Assembly (NCBI GenBank): GCA_016866935.1
Contig: VGKS01000001.1
Location: 1 to 50,014 of the forward strand
Direction of reading: 5' to 3'
Length of the DNA stretch: 50,014 nucleotides
DNA from: Candidatus Pacearchaeota archaeon
GTDB lineage: Archaea; Nanobdellota; Nanobdellia; Pacearchaeales; GW2011-AR1
Below, piece by piece: positions 36,622 to 46,423 of the stretch (position 1 is the first letter of the stretch; each line of letters begins with the position of its first letter). The translations under genes were made by a program, and so were the position numbers. The notes under the pieces were generated by a model. It saw nothing but the letters and a program-made list of their open reading frames with translations. It was not told where the DNA came from and searched no databases.

Positions 36622-36736
36622 GAAGACGGCCATAGTGCTGGGGAAACACCTGTTCTCATTCCGAACACAGAAGTTAAGCCCTTCACGTCCGCTTGTTGTA
36701 GTCTCCGTCAAGAGGCGAACCAAGGATGCTGTCTTC
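36622..36736 (+). rRNA. rrf: 5S ribosomal RNA (stand-alone)
   Basis: Terminal helix GAAGACGGC/GCTGTCTTC; conserved CGGCCATAG, ACACCTGTTCTCATTCCGAACACAGAAGTTAAGCC; downstream T-run. Confidence 0.92.
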
Positions 36737-36800
36737 GTTTTCTTTTTTATTATAAAGAATATATCCCTCTAATTCTTAGTAGCTTCGTGATTAATTTCAA

Positions 36801-37178
36801 ATGAATCCATTTTTCTCAATAAGTTTAATTACAACTTTCTTAATCCTTAGAAGTTGGGCCTATTTTGGATATAGGGCTAATGATTATTTTGACAAGAAAG
36901 AAGATCCTAACACTTTAATTGTGTGGCTTAGAATAAAGACAGGATTTGCGTGGCTTTTGATACACTTTGGAGTTTTAATTTTCTTTATGGCTGCTCTGCT
37001 AATTTATTTTAACGGGTTAACCTGGATTAATAGAGTAGTTTTAGGAATTAGTTTAAGCATAATTCTTGATCAGATATTTCCTTTGATAGGTAAGTGGTAT
37101 TATTTTGGTAAAAAAATGTTTTTTGTATCTATTTTATTACATATAATAACTATAATACTAGCAATTAGATTCGGTTAA
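36801..37178 (+). CDS. Hypothetical membrane protein
   Basis: 125-aa hydrophobic ORF filling the gap between 5S and rpoN. Confidence 0.55.
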   Translation: MNPFFSISLITTFLILRSWAYFGYRANDYFDKKEDPNTLIVWLRIKTGFAWLLIHFGVLIFFMAALLIYFNGLTWINRVVLGISLSIILDQIFPLIGKWYYFGKKMFFVSILLHIITIILAIRFG

Positions 37179-37376
37179 TCAGGCTTTCTTGAACTTCGAT
37201 ACTTCTTCAAGAACATCTGCATGTCCTAGAATAGCTGCTCTGCAGCAGTATCTCTCTAAACCTAAATCTGTCAAAACCTTACCAGCTTCTTCTCCGGTGC
37301 TAGTTCTCTTTTTGTATTCTTCCCACATCTGACCGATAGGCTTACCACATCCAAAACATCTTACTGGAATTATCAT
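37179..37376 (-). CDS. rpoN: DNA-directed RNA polymerase subunit N (Rpo10)
   Basis: MIIPVRCFGCGK…LGLERYCCR signature. Confidence 0.96.
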   Translation of the reverse strand: MIIPVRCFGCGKPIGQMWEEYKKRTSTGEEAGKVLTDLGLERYCCRAAILGHADVLEEVSKFKKA

Positions 37377-37461
37377 ACCAATACTGTTATTTGACCATTT
37401 TTAAACGTTACTACAATAAGATAATGCAAAGTTTATTATATTAGAAACAAAGATTTTGTAT

Positions 37462-38178
37462 ATGGCTCAAGGTCTAATCACCCTCAAGGAAGTTACTAAA
37501 TATTACTACATGGGAGACTCGATTGTAAAGGCTGTTGACGGCATAAGCATCAAGATACAAAAAGGGGACTTTGTTGCAATAATGGGTCCCTCTGGGAGTG
37601 GAAAATCAACAGCCATGAACTTGGTCGGTTCTCTTGATTTGGCGACTGAGGGAAAAATAATGCTTGAAGGGGAAGATATCAGGAAATTTAGCGAATCAGA
37701 ACTTGCTAAACTAAGAGGAAAGAAGATTGGATTTATTTTCCAAAGCTTTAATTTAATACCTAACTTAACTGCCCTTGAGAATGTTATGCTTCCAATGCTT
37801 TTTCAGAATATAGAAAAAGAAGAAAGGATAAAAAGGGGCAAAAATCTTCTAAAGATTGTCGAGCTTGGGGAAAGAATGAATCATTATCCGGCCGAATTAA
37901 GTGGAGGACAGCAGCAAAGAGTTGCTATTGCAAGAGCCTTGGCAAATGACCCTGAAATAATACTTGCAGATGAACCCACTGGAAATTTAGATACTAAAAC
38001 TGGAGAGAATGTTATGAATCTCCTCGTAGAATTGAATAATAAAGGCAAGACAATAATCCTCATAACCCACTCTCATGAAGTTGCCACAAAACATGCAAAA
38101 AAAATATACTGGCTCAAAGACGGCAAAGTTGAGAAAGTTACAACAAAGAAAGGAATCTCGCACACAAGTAAAAAGTAG
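37462..38178 (+). CDS. ABC transporter ATP-binding protein (LolD/MacB-like)
   Basis: GPSGSGKST, IGFIFQSFNL, LSGGQQQRVAIARAL, ILADEPTGNLD. Confidence 0.93.
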   Translation: MAQGLITLKEVTKYYYMGDSIVKAVDGISIKIQKGDFVAIMGPSGSGKSTAMNLVGSLDLATEGKIMLEGEDIRKFSESELAKLRGKKIGFIFQSFNLIPNLTALENVMLPMLFQNIEKEERIKRGKNLLKIVELGERMNHYPAELSGGQQQRVAIARALANDPEIILADEPTGNLDTKTGENVMNLLVELNNKGKTIILITHSHEVATKHAKKIYWLKDGKVEKVTTKKGISHTSKK

Positions 38179-38239
38179 TCGCTGGTTGGTAGTTCAAGAA
38201 ACGGGCAAGACTTATAAACCATAATTGTGCAAGCAAAAC

Positions 38240-39073
38240 ATGAATAAGGCATATATTTTATTAGCAATTGGATTAATTTTATTTGCAGGAACAGCATATG
38301 CAATTTCTGTAGATTCTGTAATGGTTGACGAGGTGGCTCCCGGACAAGAAGGAATAATAAGAATTAATGTAGAAAACGATGGTAATGATAATATTGAATC
38401 TTTATCCATTAGGATTAACTTTCCTAACTCTAACATAATCCCTGTTGGGCGCTCAGAAGAATTTTTGAGTACCCTAGAAGAAGACGAGGAAGAATCTTTT
38501 ATTTTCAGATTTAAAGTTTCAAACGTTTTATCTGCTGGAACATATTTAATAGAATATGATTTATCTTATGAACAGGATAACTCTGATATAGAACAAAGTG
38601 GAAACATAGGAATTGTAGTATCTGCTGAGCCAGAAATAGAGATTTCTGCAAATACTCAAAACTCTGTAGTTGGAATACCTGGAGAACTACAGATAAGAAT
38701 AATAAACAAAGGTCTTGCGGATGCAAGATTTGTTAACTTGAAGATTGAGAGTAAAGATTTAATTTTCTTATCTGAAAATTCGGAGTATATTGGAACAATA
38801 GACTCTGATGACTTCGAAACAAGTTCTTTTGAGGTTATTTATTCAAATAAATTTCCTTCGATTAATGTAAGAATTACTTACAAAGATTTCAACAATGAAG
38901 AACAAGAAATAATAAAAACTGCTTCGCTAAGAGCATATACCAATAAGGAAGCTGTAGAGAAAGGTATTTTAACAAAAAATAATGCCTCTAGATATGTCCG
39001 GGTTATTATACTGTTTTTCTTTTTATGGATTATATATAGATTCATTAAAAAAAGACGCAAGAAAAGAGATTGA
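38240..39073 (+). CDS. COG1361-like S-layer-domain protein (signal peptide, Ig-like repeats, C-terminal TM and basic tail)
   Basis: N-terminal signal, I.N.G…A and YIGTIDSDD repeats, TM followed by KKRRKK. Confidence 0.7.
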   Translation: MNKAYILLAIGLILFAGTAYAISVDSVMVDEVAPGQEGIIRINVENDGNDNIESLSIRINFPNSNIIPVGRSEEFLSTLEEDEEESFIFRFKVSNVLSAGTYLIEYDLSYEQDNSDIEQSGNIGIVVSAEPEIEISANTQNSVVGIPGELQIRIINKGLADARFVNLKIESKDLIFLSENSEYIGTIDSDDFETSSFEVIYSNKFPSINVRITYKDFNNEEQEIIKTASLRAYTNKEAVEKGILTKNNASRYVRVIILFFFLWIIYRFIKKRRKKRD

Positions 39074-39091
39074 CTTCTTTGGGAGAAGTAA

Positions 39092-40312
39092 ATGTTCTTA
39101 GATTATATTCATATTGCTTTCAAGAATTTAAGAAGAAGGGGAATAAGGAGTTGGTTGACATTGCTAGGAATATTCATAGGTATTGCAACGGTAGTTTCAT
39201 TGATAAGCCTAGGAGGGGGATTAAGACAGGCTATAGTTTCACAATTTGGAATCAGCTCTACCGAGGTTATACAAGTTCAAGCAGGAGGTCTTAATTCTTT
39301 TGGGCCGCCTGGGACAAGCGTAACTAACCCTTTAACTGAAGGTGATGTTGATGCTATTGAAAGATTAGGATATGTAGAAGCGGCAATTCCTAGACAGATA
39401 GTCACAGTCAAAGTAGAATACAACGACTTTTTAGAAATAGGAACTGCTACAAATATAGTGGATGGAAAAAACAGAGATTTATTATATGAAATATTAGATA
39501 TAGAAACAGTAGAGGGAAAATTACTTGATGAAGGAGATAATGGAAAGGTAGTGCTTGGAAATAACTTTTATTTTGAAGATAAAAACAGTTTTAAAAAAGA
39601 GATCAGAGTAGGCAATAGTATAATAATAAATGAAAGAAAATTTAAAGTAAATGGAATATTAAAGAAAAAGGGTAGTTTTATTTTTGACCAAATAATTATT
39701 CTAAATGACAATGATCTTAGATCAATATCAGCTTATGGGGATAGTGTAGACTTAATAGCGGTTAAAGTAAAAAATAAGGAACTAGTTGCTTCTGCAGAAA
39801 AAGATATAGAAAACTTATTGAGAGATAGAAGAAAAGTTAAAGTTGGAGAAGAAGATTTCGAAGTTTCCACTCCTCAAGCCGCTCTTTCAACAGTAGATCA
39901 AGTTCTAACAGGAATACAAATCTTTGTAGTTATGATTGCTGCGATATCTATAGTAGTCGGGTCTCTTGGAATAGTTAACACAATGACTACATCTGTTCTG
40001 GAGAGAACTAAGGAGATAGGGATAATGAAAGCGATAGGTGCTAAAAATTCAGATATTTTCTATCAGTTCTTCATAGAGGCAGGTTTACTTGGACTTGTTG
40101 GAGGGACATTAGGGATATTATTTGGAATAGTTATAGGTTATTTCGGGACATTTTCTATAAACTCTTTTTTGGGAGCAGCTACGACTCCTGAAATAAGTTG
40201 GACATTGATAACATTCACATTTCTTGGGAGTTTTATCATAGGAGCGATATCTGGAATAATCCCTGCTATAAGAGCTGCTAATCAGAAACCTGTGGAGGCA
40301 TTAAGAAGCTGA
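39092..40312 (+). CDS. ABC transporter permease (MacB/FtsX family)
   Basis: RSWLTLLGIFIGI, GIVNTM.TSVLERTKEIGIMKAIGA, PVEALR. Confidence 0.92.
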   Translation: MFLDYIHIAFKNLRRRGIRSWLTLLGIFIGIATVVSLISLGGGLRQAIVSQFGISSTEVIQVQAGGLNSFGPPGTSVTNPLTEGDVDAIERLGYVEAAIPRQIVTVKVEYNDFLEIGTATNIVDGKNRDLLYEILDIETVEGKLLDEGDNGKVVLGNNFYFEDKNSFKKEIRVGNSIIINERKFKVNGILKKKGSFIFDQIIILNDNDLRSISAYGDSVDLIAVKVKNKELVASAEKDIENLLRDRRKVKVGEEDFEVSTPQAALSTVDQVLTGIQIFVVMIAAISIVVGSLGIVNTMTTSVLERTKEIGIMKAIGAKNSDIFYQFFIEAGLLGLVGGTLGILFGIVIGYFGTFSINSFLGAATTPEISWTLITFTFLGSFIIGAISGIIPAIRAANQKPVEALRS

Positions 40313-41523
40313 TGATAAATAAAGAATTGATAAAGTATTCTCTAAAACATATCGTCCATAGAAAAGCAAGAAGTTTTCTTACAATATTCTCGATATTTGT
40401 AGGAATAGTTACCATATTCATATTTGTTAGTTTTGGACAAGGATTATTTGATTATGTTAATGATCTGCAGTCTAGCTCTGGTGCTGACAAAATAAGGATA
40501 ATCCCTAAAGGCATAGGTGCTCCTGGATTAGATACTACATTCTCTTTGACTGAAGATGATATAGAATCTATTGAAAAAACTGCAGGAGTTTATGAAGCAA
40601 CTGGGATGTACTCGAGAGCTGCAGAAGTCGTAAAGGGAAGAACTAAAAGATTTGTCTTTTTGGTAACTTATAACCCTGATGATTCTGGTTTAATAAAAGA
40701 AGTATTTACTATAGATATCGATTCTGGAAGAGATTTAAGGAATGGGGATGATGGAAAAGTTTTACTTGGACATAACTATAAGGTAGAAAATAAGATATTC
40801 TTGGAAGCTCTAACTTTGAATGATAATATAGAAGTTCAAGGTCAAAGATTGAAAATAATAGGTTTTTTTGATGAAGTAGGAAATCCGCAAGATGATTCTA
40901 ATATTTATATAACAAATAATTATTTTGAAAAGTTATACCCTGGTAGTTCTGGAAAGTATAATCAGATTATTGCTAGAGTTGATGCTAGAAATATCCCTCA
41001 AATAATTGATAGGATTGAGGATAATTTGAGAAAATCTAGAGGTCTTGATGAAGGTAAAGAAGACTTTTTTGTTGCATCATTTGAAGAATTACTCGAACAG
41101 ATTACTAGTGCATTAGATTATATTGTTTACTTTGTATTATTTATTGCGCTTATATCTGTCTTGGTATCTGCAGTAAATACAGCAAATACTACAATAACTT
41201 CCGTACTTGAAAGAATAAAAGAGATAGGAGTAATGAAGGCTATAGGTGCTAAAAATTCAGAAGTATTTGCTATATTTGTATTTGAATCAGGGTTCCTGGG
41301 ATTTGTTGCTGGAGTTTTGGGTATAATTTTTGGGTTCTTAATCACTTATGCTACTGGGGCGTTTCTTGATGCATCAGGATGGGGTTTCTTGAGCCCCCAT
41401 TATTCTTTAGAATTATTTTTAGGATGTATTCTCTTTGCTGCATTGACTGGAGCAGTATCTGGAATAATTCCAGCTTGGAGATCCTCTAAGATAAGACCTG
41501 TAAGAGCATTAAGATACGAATAA
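40312..41523 (+). CDS. ABC transporter permease (MacB/FtsX family)
   Basis: RSFLTIFSIFVGI, SVLERIKEIGVMKAIGA, PVRALRYE. Confidence 0.92.
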   Translation: MINKELIKYSLKHIVHRKARSFLTIFSIFVGIVTIFIFVSFGQGLFDYVNDLQSSSGADKIRIIPKGIGAPGLDTTFSLTEDDIESIEKTAGVYEATGMYSRAAEVVKGRTKRFVFLVTYNPDDSGLIKEVFTIDIDSGRDLRNGDDGKVLLGHNYKVENKIFLEALTLNDNIEVQGQRLKIIGFFDEVGNPQDDSNIYITNNYFEKLYPGSSGKYNQIIARVDARNIPQIIDRIEDNLRKSRGLDEGKEDFFVASFEELLEQITSALDYIVYFVLFIALISVLVSAVNTANTTITSVLERIKEIGVMKAIGAKNSEVFAIFVFESGFLGFVAGVLGIIFGFLITYATGAFLDASGWGFLSPHYSLELFLGCILFAALTGAVSGIIPAWRSSKIRPVRALRYE

Positions 41524-41526
41524 GAA

Positions 41527-42384
41527 TTAACGATTAAATTTTTGCATCATTTGATGCTTTGCTTTTTTTCTTCTACGAACAAACCAATATAAAATTATGC
41601 AAATTAAGACAATCCAAAAGATTATTGTTCCATTGGATTTTGAGGAATTTTCTTTTGTGTTCTCAAAAGCATATTCACTAGATTCTATTTCTTTTATTAT
41701 TTGTCTGCGCTCAGATATTTCGTCATTATACTCTAGTTCAACTAATATTTTTCCAGAACTTGGAACTGCATCAAAAGTTATAGTAGTATCTTCGTTAGAA
41801 TCTAAATCTCCTAAGATTTTAACATTTCCACCTTCTACTGCAATAGTATCTTGTTTAGGAATTCTTACAGTCATTGCTTGAGCATTTTTTTTTCCAATGT
41901 TTACTATTCCGAGTGACATTTTTTTAGTTGAGAATGAATAACTGTCAAGAGTTACTATAAAGTCGGTTCTTACTTCTTCTACAGAAATATTAAAGTCATT
42001 TATCTTTGCTAGTTGAGACTCAGAATTTATCCAAGTTTTAAGACTTAACTTATGGTCTCCATCTAAAACTGTCGAATCAACTCTTACTTTGTAAGGAACA
42101 ATCCAAAATGAGTTGAAATCTCTTTGATATGTTCCTCCTTGTATAAATTGAATCTTGCTATAACCTGGATCTAGAGTAAAAGGATAATTTTCCAAAAACT
42201 CCAGACTTATCCTACCACATTCAGGATTTTCTGTTCCAGATATTTGGAATACTAGCTTTACAGCTTCTCCAGGAATAGCCTCTACAGGATCTTGATTAAT
42301 AAGTATTGGATTCAAACTGCATAATGCGGAAGAGAATTGGATAAAAAACAAGCTAACAACTATTATCATCAAAACCTTTTTCAT
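41527..42384 (-). CDS. COG1361-like S-layer-domain protein
   Basis: Signal peptide, LINQDPVEAIPGE.V, IVNIG..NA, ILGDLDSNEDT, C-terminal TM plus RRRKK. Confidence 0.72.
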   Translation of the reverse strand: MKKVLMIIVVSLFFIQFSSALCSLNPILINQDPVEAIPGEAVKLVFQISGTENPECGRISLEFLENYPFTLDPGYSKIQFIQGGTYQRDFNSFWIVPYKVRVDSTVLDGDHKLSLKTWINSESQLAKINDFNISVEEVRTDFIVTLDSYSFSTKKMSLGIVNIGKKNAQAMTVRIPKQDTIAVEGGNVKILGDLDSNEDTTITFDAVPSSGKILVELEYNDEISERRQIIKEIESSEYAFENTKENSSKSNGTIIFWIVLICIILYWFVRRRKKAKHQMMQKFNR

Positions 42385-42489
42385 AATCTTATTTATTATC
42401 TATAGCTTATAAATGTTACAGAAAAAATAAACTTAACCTCATAAAAATTTATAAAGAGATAATTATTGAGTGAGAGATAAAGAGGAAAA

Positions 42490-42675
42490 ATGGTGAGTAA
42501 ATGTGTTTATTGCAGATCTGAAATTACTGATGGCAGGGCTGTTGATGTTTGCACTCCTTGTGGTCACGGAATCTGGGGCAAGAAAATGTTCGAAGCTATA
42601 ATAAGTAATATGGGTTCCGCTCGAGATAAAGGGGACCTTTATCAGGGAAGTGTAACCTCTAATAAAGCCCTATAA
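42490..42675 (+). CDS. Small zinc-ribbon protein
   Basis: CVYC…CTPC in a 61-aa ORF. Confidence 0.6.
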   Translation: MVSKCVYCRSEITDGRAVDVCTPCGHGIWGKKMFEAIISNMGSARDKGDLYQGSVTSNKAL

Positions 42676-42717
42676 TTCTTACGTAAGCTTTTTAAAGGTC
42701 TCTCATCAGGTATTTCT

Positions 42718-42984
42718 ATGTTAACTAATAAGAATATCAGAGCTCGCGGAAAAATATCATTTACAAAATATTTTCAGCAGTTTAACGAAGGAGATAGCGT
42801 AGCTATTGTTAGAGATTTAGCTGTTCAAAGTCCCGGATTTCCTAAAAGGATGCAAGGTAGAACAGGAATTGTAATTGGTAAGAGAGGGGAATCTTACGTT
42901 GTTTCAATAAAGGACTTTACAAAACCCAAAACTTACATTGTTAAACCAGTACATTTAAAGAAAATTGAGGTAACCAATAAATGA
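42718..42984 (+). CDS. rpl21e: 50S ribosomal protein L21e
   Basis: F.EGDSVAI, P.RMQGRTG.V.GKRG..Y, VKPVHLK. Confidence 0.93.
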   Translation: MLTNKNIRARGKISFTKYFQQFNEGDSVAIVRDLAVQSPGFPKRMQGRTGIVIGKRGESYVVSIKDFTKPKTYIVKPVHLKKIEVTNK

Positions 42985-43280
42985 TATTGAAAATGACTCC
43001 TGTACATTTGGGAGATGTAAAAGAATTAGCCGGAGATTTAGAATCAAAGCCTGAATTAAGAGATTATTTGAAAGAATTTTCTAAATTAGATAAAAAGAAA
43101 GCAGATGCTCTTTTAGAATCTTTAAGAGGACTTGGAAATTTGAAGATGAAAGAAGATTTGATTGTAAAAATAGTTGACTTACTTCCAAAAGATTCAGATT
43201 CCTTGATTAAAATACTGAATGATGTTTCACTTGATGAAAAAGAGATTAACGATATTTTAGCGGTGGTTAAGGAGTACTAA
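42981..43280 (+). CDS. rpoF: DNA-directed RNA polymerase subunit F (Rpo4)
   Basis: YLKEFSKL, VKIVDLLP, EINDIL; canonical position after rpl21e. Confidence 0.88.
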   Translation: MILKMTPVHLGDVKELAGDLESKPELRDYLKEFSKLDKKKADALLESLRGLGNLKMKEDLIVKIVDLLPKDSDSLIKILNDVSLDEKEINDILAVVKEY

Positions 43281-43282
43281 AC

Positions 43283-43822
43283 ATGATGAAGAAAGACGAT
43301 TATGCTTTAGTATTAGATTATCTTGCAAACGGTTATCCTATGGCTGGAAATATGAGACCAGTTGTTCAAGCAATAGGAACTCAACACCTTGCATTACTTG
43401 AATTAGCGCCTGTTAGAGGAGCACAAATTTCAGTTAAAGAAAAGGTTTATATAGGTCCGGAAAAGAGAGACAAGATATATTACATTATCGGTAGATTACG
43501 TATCGATAAGTTAACAGAAAGCGCTAAGATCCAATTACAAGAGTTCATTGAAACTTATGTTGGGGAGCATGAACAAGAATTTGTAAAATTCTTTAATTCT
43601 GCTCAAGCAATCAACACAAGACTTCACCAACTTGAACTTCTTCCTGGATTTGGTCGCAAACACACACAAGAATTGCTTAATGTCAGAAGCGAAAAAACTT
43701 TTGAGTCTTTCGATGAGATAAGACAAAGAGTGAAAAGCGCTCCTGATCCTAAGAAAGCTATAGAAAAAAGAATTCTTGAAGAGTTAACTGAAAACCCAAG
43801 ACAAAGGTTATTCGTAATGTAA
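43283..43822 (+). CDS. DUF655 putative nucleic-acid-binding protein
   Basis: VLDYL..G, QAIG…LLEL, FFN.AQAINTRLHQLELLPG.G; canonical position after rpoF. Confidence 0.88.
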   Translation: MMKKDDYALVLDYLANGYPMAGNMRPVVQAIGTQHLALLELAPVRGAQISVKEKVYIGPEKRDKIYYIIGRLRIDKLTESAKIQLQEFIETYVGEHEQEFVKFFNSAQAINTRLHQLELLPGFGRKHTQELLNVRSEKTFESFDEIRQRVKSAPDPKKAIEKRILEELTENPRQRLFVM

Positions 43823-43826
43823 ACAA

Positions 43827-44345
43827 ATGGCAGAAGAAAAAATAACAAAAGAAGCACCGAAGAAAGAACCTAAGTTGGACTATAAGTTGAAACAGCAGAA
43901 AGAAGAAGAATTTTTAGAGTCGCTTGTTAGAATCCATGGAAAAGATATTCCTGGAAACAAAAAGATATACACTGGATTGACTTACATAAAGGGGATATCT
44001 TGGTCAATTTCAAATGCTATATGCAAGCTATTGAAATTGAATAAAAGTACAAAGATTTCTGAACTTTCCAAGAAACAGATTGATGAAATAGAGTTATTCT
44101 TGCAGAAGCCAAACTTCTACGAATACATGAAAAACAGACAAAGAGATTATGATACCGGGGAATCTAAGCATTTATTCACAAACGAACTTGATATGGTAAA
44201 GGACTTTGACATAAAGAGAATGAGGCAAATAAAAAGTTACAAAGGTATGCGTCATGCTCTTAAACAACCAGTTAGAGGGCAGAGAACAAGAAGCCACTTT
44301 AGAACAACTGGTGTATCTGTGGGGGTAAAGAAGAAAGCCAAATGA
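43827..44345 (+). CDS. rps13: 30S ribosomal protein S13
   Basis: LTYIKGI, SYKGMRH..KQPVRGQRTRS. Confidence 0.95.
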   Translation: MAEEKITKEAPKKEPKLDYKLKQQKEEEFLESLVRIHGKDIPGNKKIYTGLTYIKGISWSISNAICKLLKLNKSTKISELSKKQIDEIELFLQKPNFYEYMKNRQRDYDTGESKHLFTNELDMVKDFDIKRMRQIKSYKGMRHALKQPVRGQRTRSHFRTTGVSVGVKKKAK

Positions 44346-44818
44346 TCCGTAAAAAAAATAAGTTCTCTTGGCCAAGAAAGCTTTACGATAAGACTAGAAT
44401 AAGTGACGAAAATAAACTTGTTGAAGAATATGGTTTGAAAAATAAAAGAGAAATATGGAAAGCTGAAGCTAAAATTAAATATTTCAGAGACAGAGCTAAG
44501 TTTTTAATTACAGAATCAACTCAGGAACAAGAGCAATTCTTTGCTAAGCTTAGAAGCATTGGATTAAGCGTTAAAACTGTTGCAGATGTACTTGCATTAA
44601 ACAAAGAAGATTTGCTTAAGAGAAGACTTGCTACTGTTGTTTGGAAGAAAGGATTAGCTAATACTGCGAGACAAGCAAGACAATTCATAGTTCACAAACA
44701 AGTTTTTGTTGAAGGAAAAGCAGTTGACGTTCCCTCGTATATTGTTCCAACAGAGCTTGAATCAAACATTACATTAAAAGCTAAATCTATCAAAGTAGCT
44801 AAGGAGAAAACAGAATGA
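44342..44818 (+). CDS. rps4: 30S ribosomal protein S4
   Basis: YGLKNKREIWK, RRLATVV.KKGLA.TARQARQFIVH, PSYIV. Confidence 0.95.
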   Translation: MIRKKNKFSWPRKLYDKTRISDENKLVEEYGLKNKREIWKAEAKIKYFRDRAKFLITESTQEQEQFFAKLRSIGLSVKTVADVLALNKEDLLKRRLATVVWKKGLANTARQARQFIVHKQVFVEGKAVDVPSYIVPTELESNITLKAKSIKVAKEKTE

Positions 44819-45318
44819 AGAAAAATGTTGAAACAAAAGAGGTAAAGGGACAAAAAATGGAAGAAGTTAAAGAAATTGAAAACACTGAAGAAGCTCAAGA
44901 AGAAACTGATGTTGTTGAAACAAAAGAGAAGGAAGAAAAAGTTGAAGTTGTTCCTGGCATAGCTTACGTATTTGGAAGTTATAACAATACAATTGTACAT
45001 ATTACAGACTTATCCGGAAGCACAATTACAAGAATAAGTGGTGGAATGGTTACAAAACACTCTCGTCTTAAGGCTAACCCTACAACTGCTATGTTCGTTG
45101 CTAAAAGAGCTGCAGAATTCGCTCGTGACGCTGGAATAAATGCTTTGTACATAAGAACACGTGGAAAGACGAATTCTCCTGGAATTGGTCCTGGTGCACA
45201 TGCCGCAGTTAAAACATTAAGCAAGGAAGGATTCAAGATACTTGGAGTCCTAGATACTCATAGAGTTCCTAGAGGCGGACCTAAGAAGAAAGGAGGTAAG
45301 AGAGGAAGAAGGGTTTAA
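44815..45318 (+). CDS. rps11: 30S ribosomal protein S11 (acidic N-terminal extension)
   Basis: SYNNTIVHITDLSG, SGGMV, GPGA, KGGKRGRRV. Confidence 0.95.
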   Translation: MKKNVETKEVKGQKMEEVKEIENTEEAQEETDVVETKEKEEKVEVVPGIAYVFGSYNNTIVHITDLSGSTITRISGGMVTKHSRLKANPTTAMFVAKRAAEFARDAGINALYIRTRGKTNSPGIGPGAHAAVKTLSKEGFKILGVLDTHRVPRGGPKKKGGKRGRRV

Positions 45319-45354
45319 TGCATAATTTAAAAAGCCAACTTTCAAATAAATAAC

Positions 45355-46053
45355 ATGGAAATCGTTTCAAAAACACCCGAAAGAATAATCATTAGAACGG
45401 ATATGAATTATTCAATACTTAATGCTATTAGAAGAAGCGTTGAAGAAGTTCCTACTCTTGCTATTGATGAAGTTGAAATATTCAAGAATGACTCTGCGTT
45501 ATATGATGAAGTTCTGGCTCATAGAATAGGTCTTGTTCCGATAAAGAATGATGGAAAAGTAACCTCAAAGACAACAGGATCTTTATCTTTGAAAAAGACA
45601 GGTCCTTGCACAGTTTATTCAGGAGATTTCAAGGGAGATTTGAAAGTTGTTTACAATTCAATTCCATTGACGATATTGGAGAAGGATCAAGAAATAGAAA
45701 TTGTTGCTCACGCTAGTGTTGCATCTGGAATAGAACACACAAAGCATGTTCCTGGATTAATATACTACAGAAACTTGTTTGAAGTAAAAACAGGTAATGT
45801 AAAAATAGATTCAATTGTTCAAGAACGCTCTGGGGCAATAAAAAATGAGAAGAAAGGAAATAAGTGGATTTGCGATCTTAATGATAACCAAGTTGATGAA
45901 ATAAAGAAAATAGACAAGGACTCAATTTCCGATAGCAAAGAATTTATTTTATTTATAGAATCATTCGGAATGATTGAGGCTGATAAAATATGGACGCGAG
46001 CAATTGAAACATTACAGGAAAATTTAGAAGCTTTTGAAAAATCTTTGAAGTAA
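45355..46053 (+). CDS. rpoD: DNA-directed RNA polymerase subunit D (Rpo3)
   Basis: NAIRR…EVPTLAIDEV…NDSALYDEVLAHRIGLVP, VYSGD, FIESFG. Confidence 0.94.
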   Translation: MEIVSKTPERIIIRTDMNYSILNAIRRSVEEVPTLAIDEVEIFKNDSALYDEVLAHRIGLVPIKNDGKVTSKTTGSLSLKKTGPCTVYSGDFKGDLKVVYNSIPLTILEKDQEIEIVAHASVASGIEHTKHVPGLIYYRNLFEVKTGNVKIDSIVQERSGAIKNEKKGNKWICDLNDNQVDEIKKIDKDSISDSKEFILFIESFGMIEADKIWTRAIETLQENLEAFEKSLK

Positions 46054-46054
46054 A

Positions 46055-46423
46055 ATGATAAGCAACACATCTATATCGAAAAGAATTCCAAGAAAAATGG
46101 ACTCATATATAGTTGATACTATTTTTGCTGCCAAGAAATCAAAGAAATGGAATAAAGTTGCACAAATTGTTTCTGGCGGGAGAAGAAGATATTCAAACAT
46201 TAACATAACTAGAATAGAAAAAGAAGCAAATGATGGAGATGTTATAGTTGTTCCAGGCAAGGTTCTAGGAAATGGAAATATAACTAAAAAAATAAAAATT
46301 TGCGCATTATATTTTTCAGAATCAGCCCATCAGAAAATAAAACAAGGAAAAGCTGAAGCAATAAAACTAGTTGATGAAATAAAGAAAAATCCAGAAGCAC
46401 AAGGAGTGAAAATATTAATATGA
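46055..46423 (+). CDS. rpl18e: 50S ribosomal protein L18e
   Basis: VVPGKVLGNG, ALYFSESA..KI. Confidence 0.93.
   Translation: MISNTSISKRIPRKMDSYIVDTIFAAKKSKKWNKVAQIVSGGRRRYSNINITRIEKEANDGDVIVVPGKVLGNGNITKKIKICALYFSESAHQKIKQGKAEAIKLVDEIKKNPEAQGVKILI

Noticed and set aside
36469..36723. 84-aa minus-strand ORF
   Set aside because: It overlaps tRNA-Leu and the antisense of 5S rRNA; spurious.
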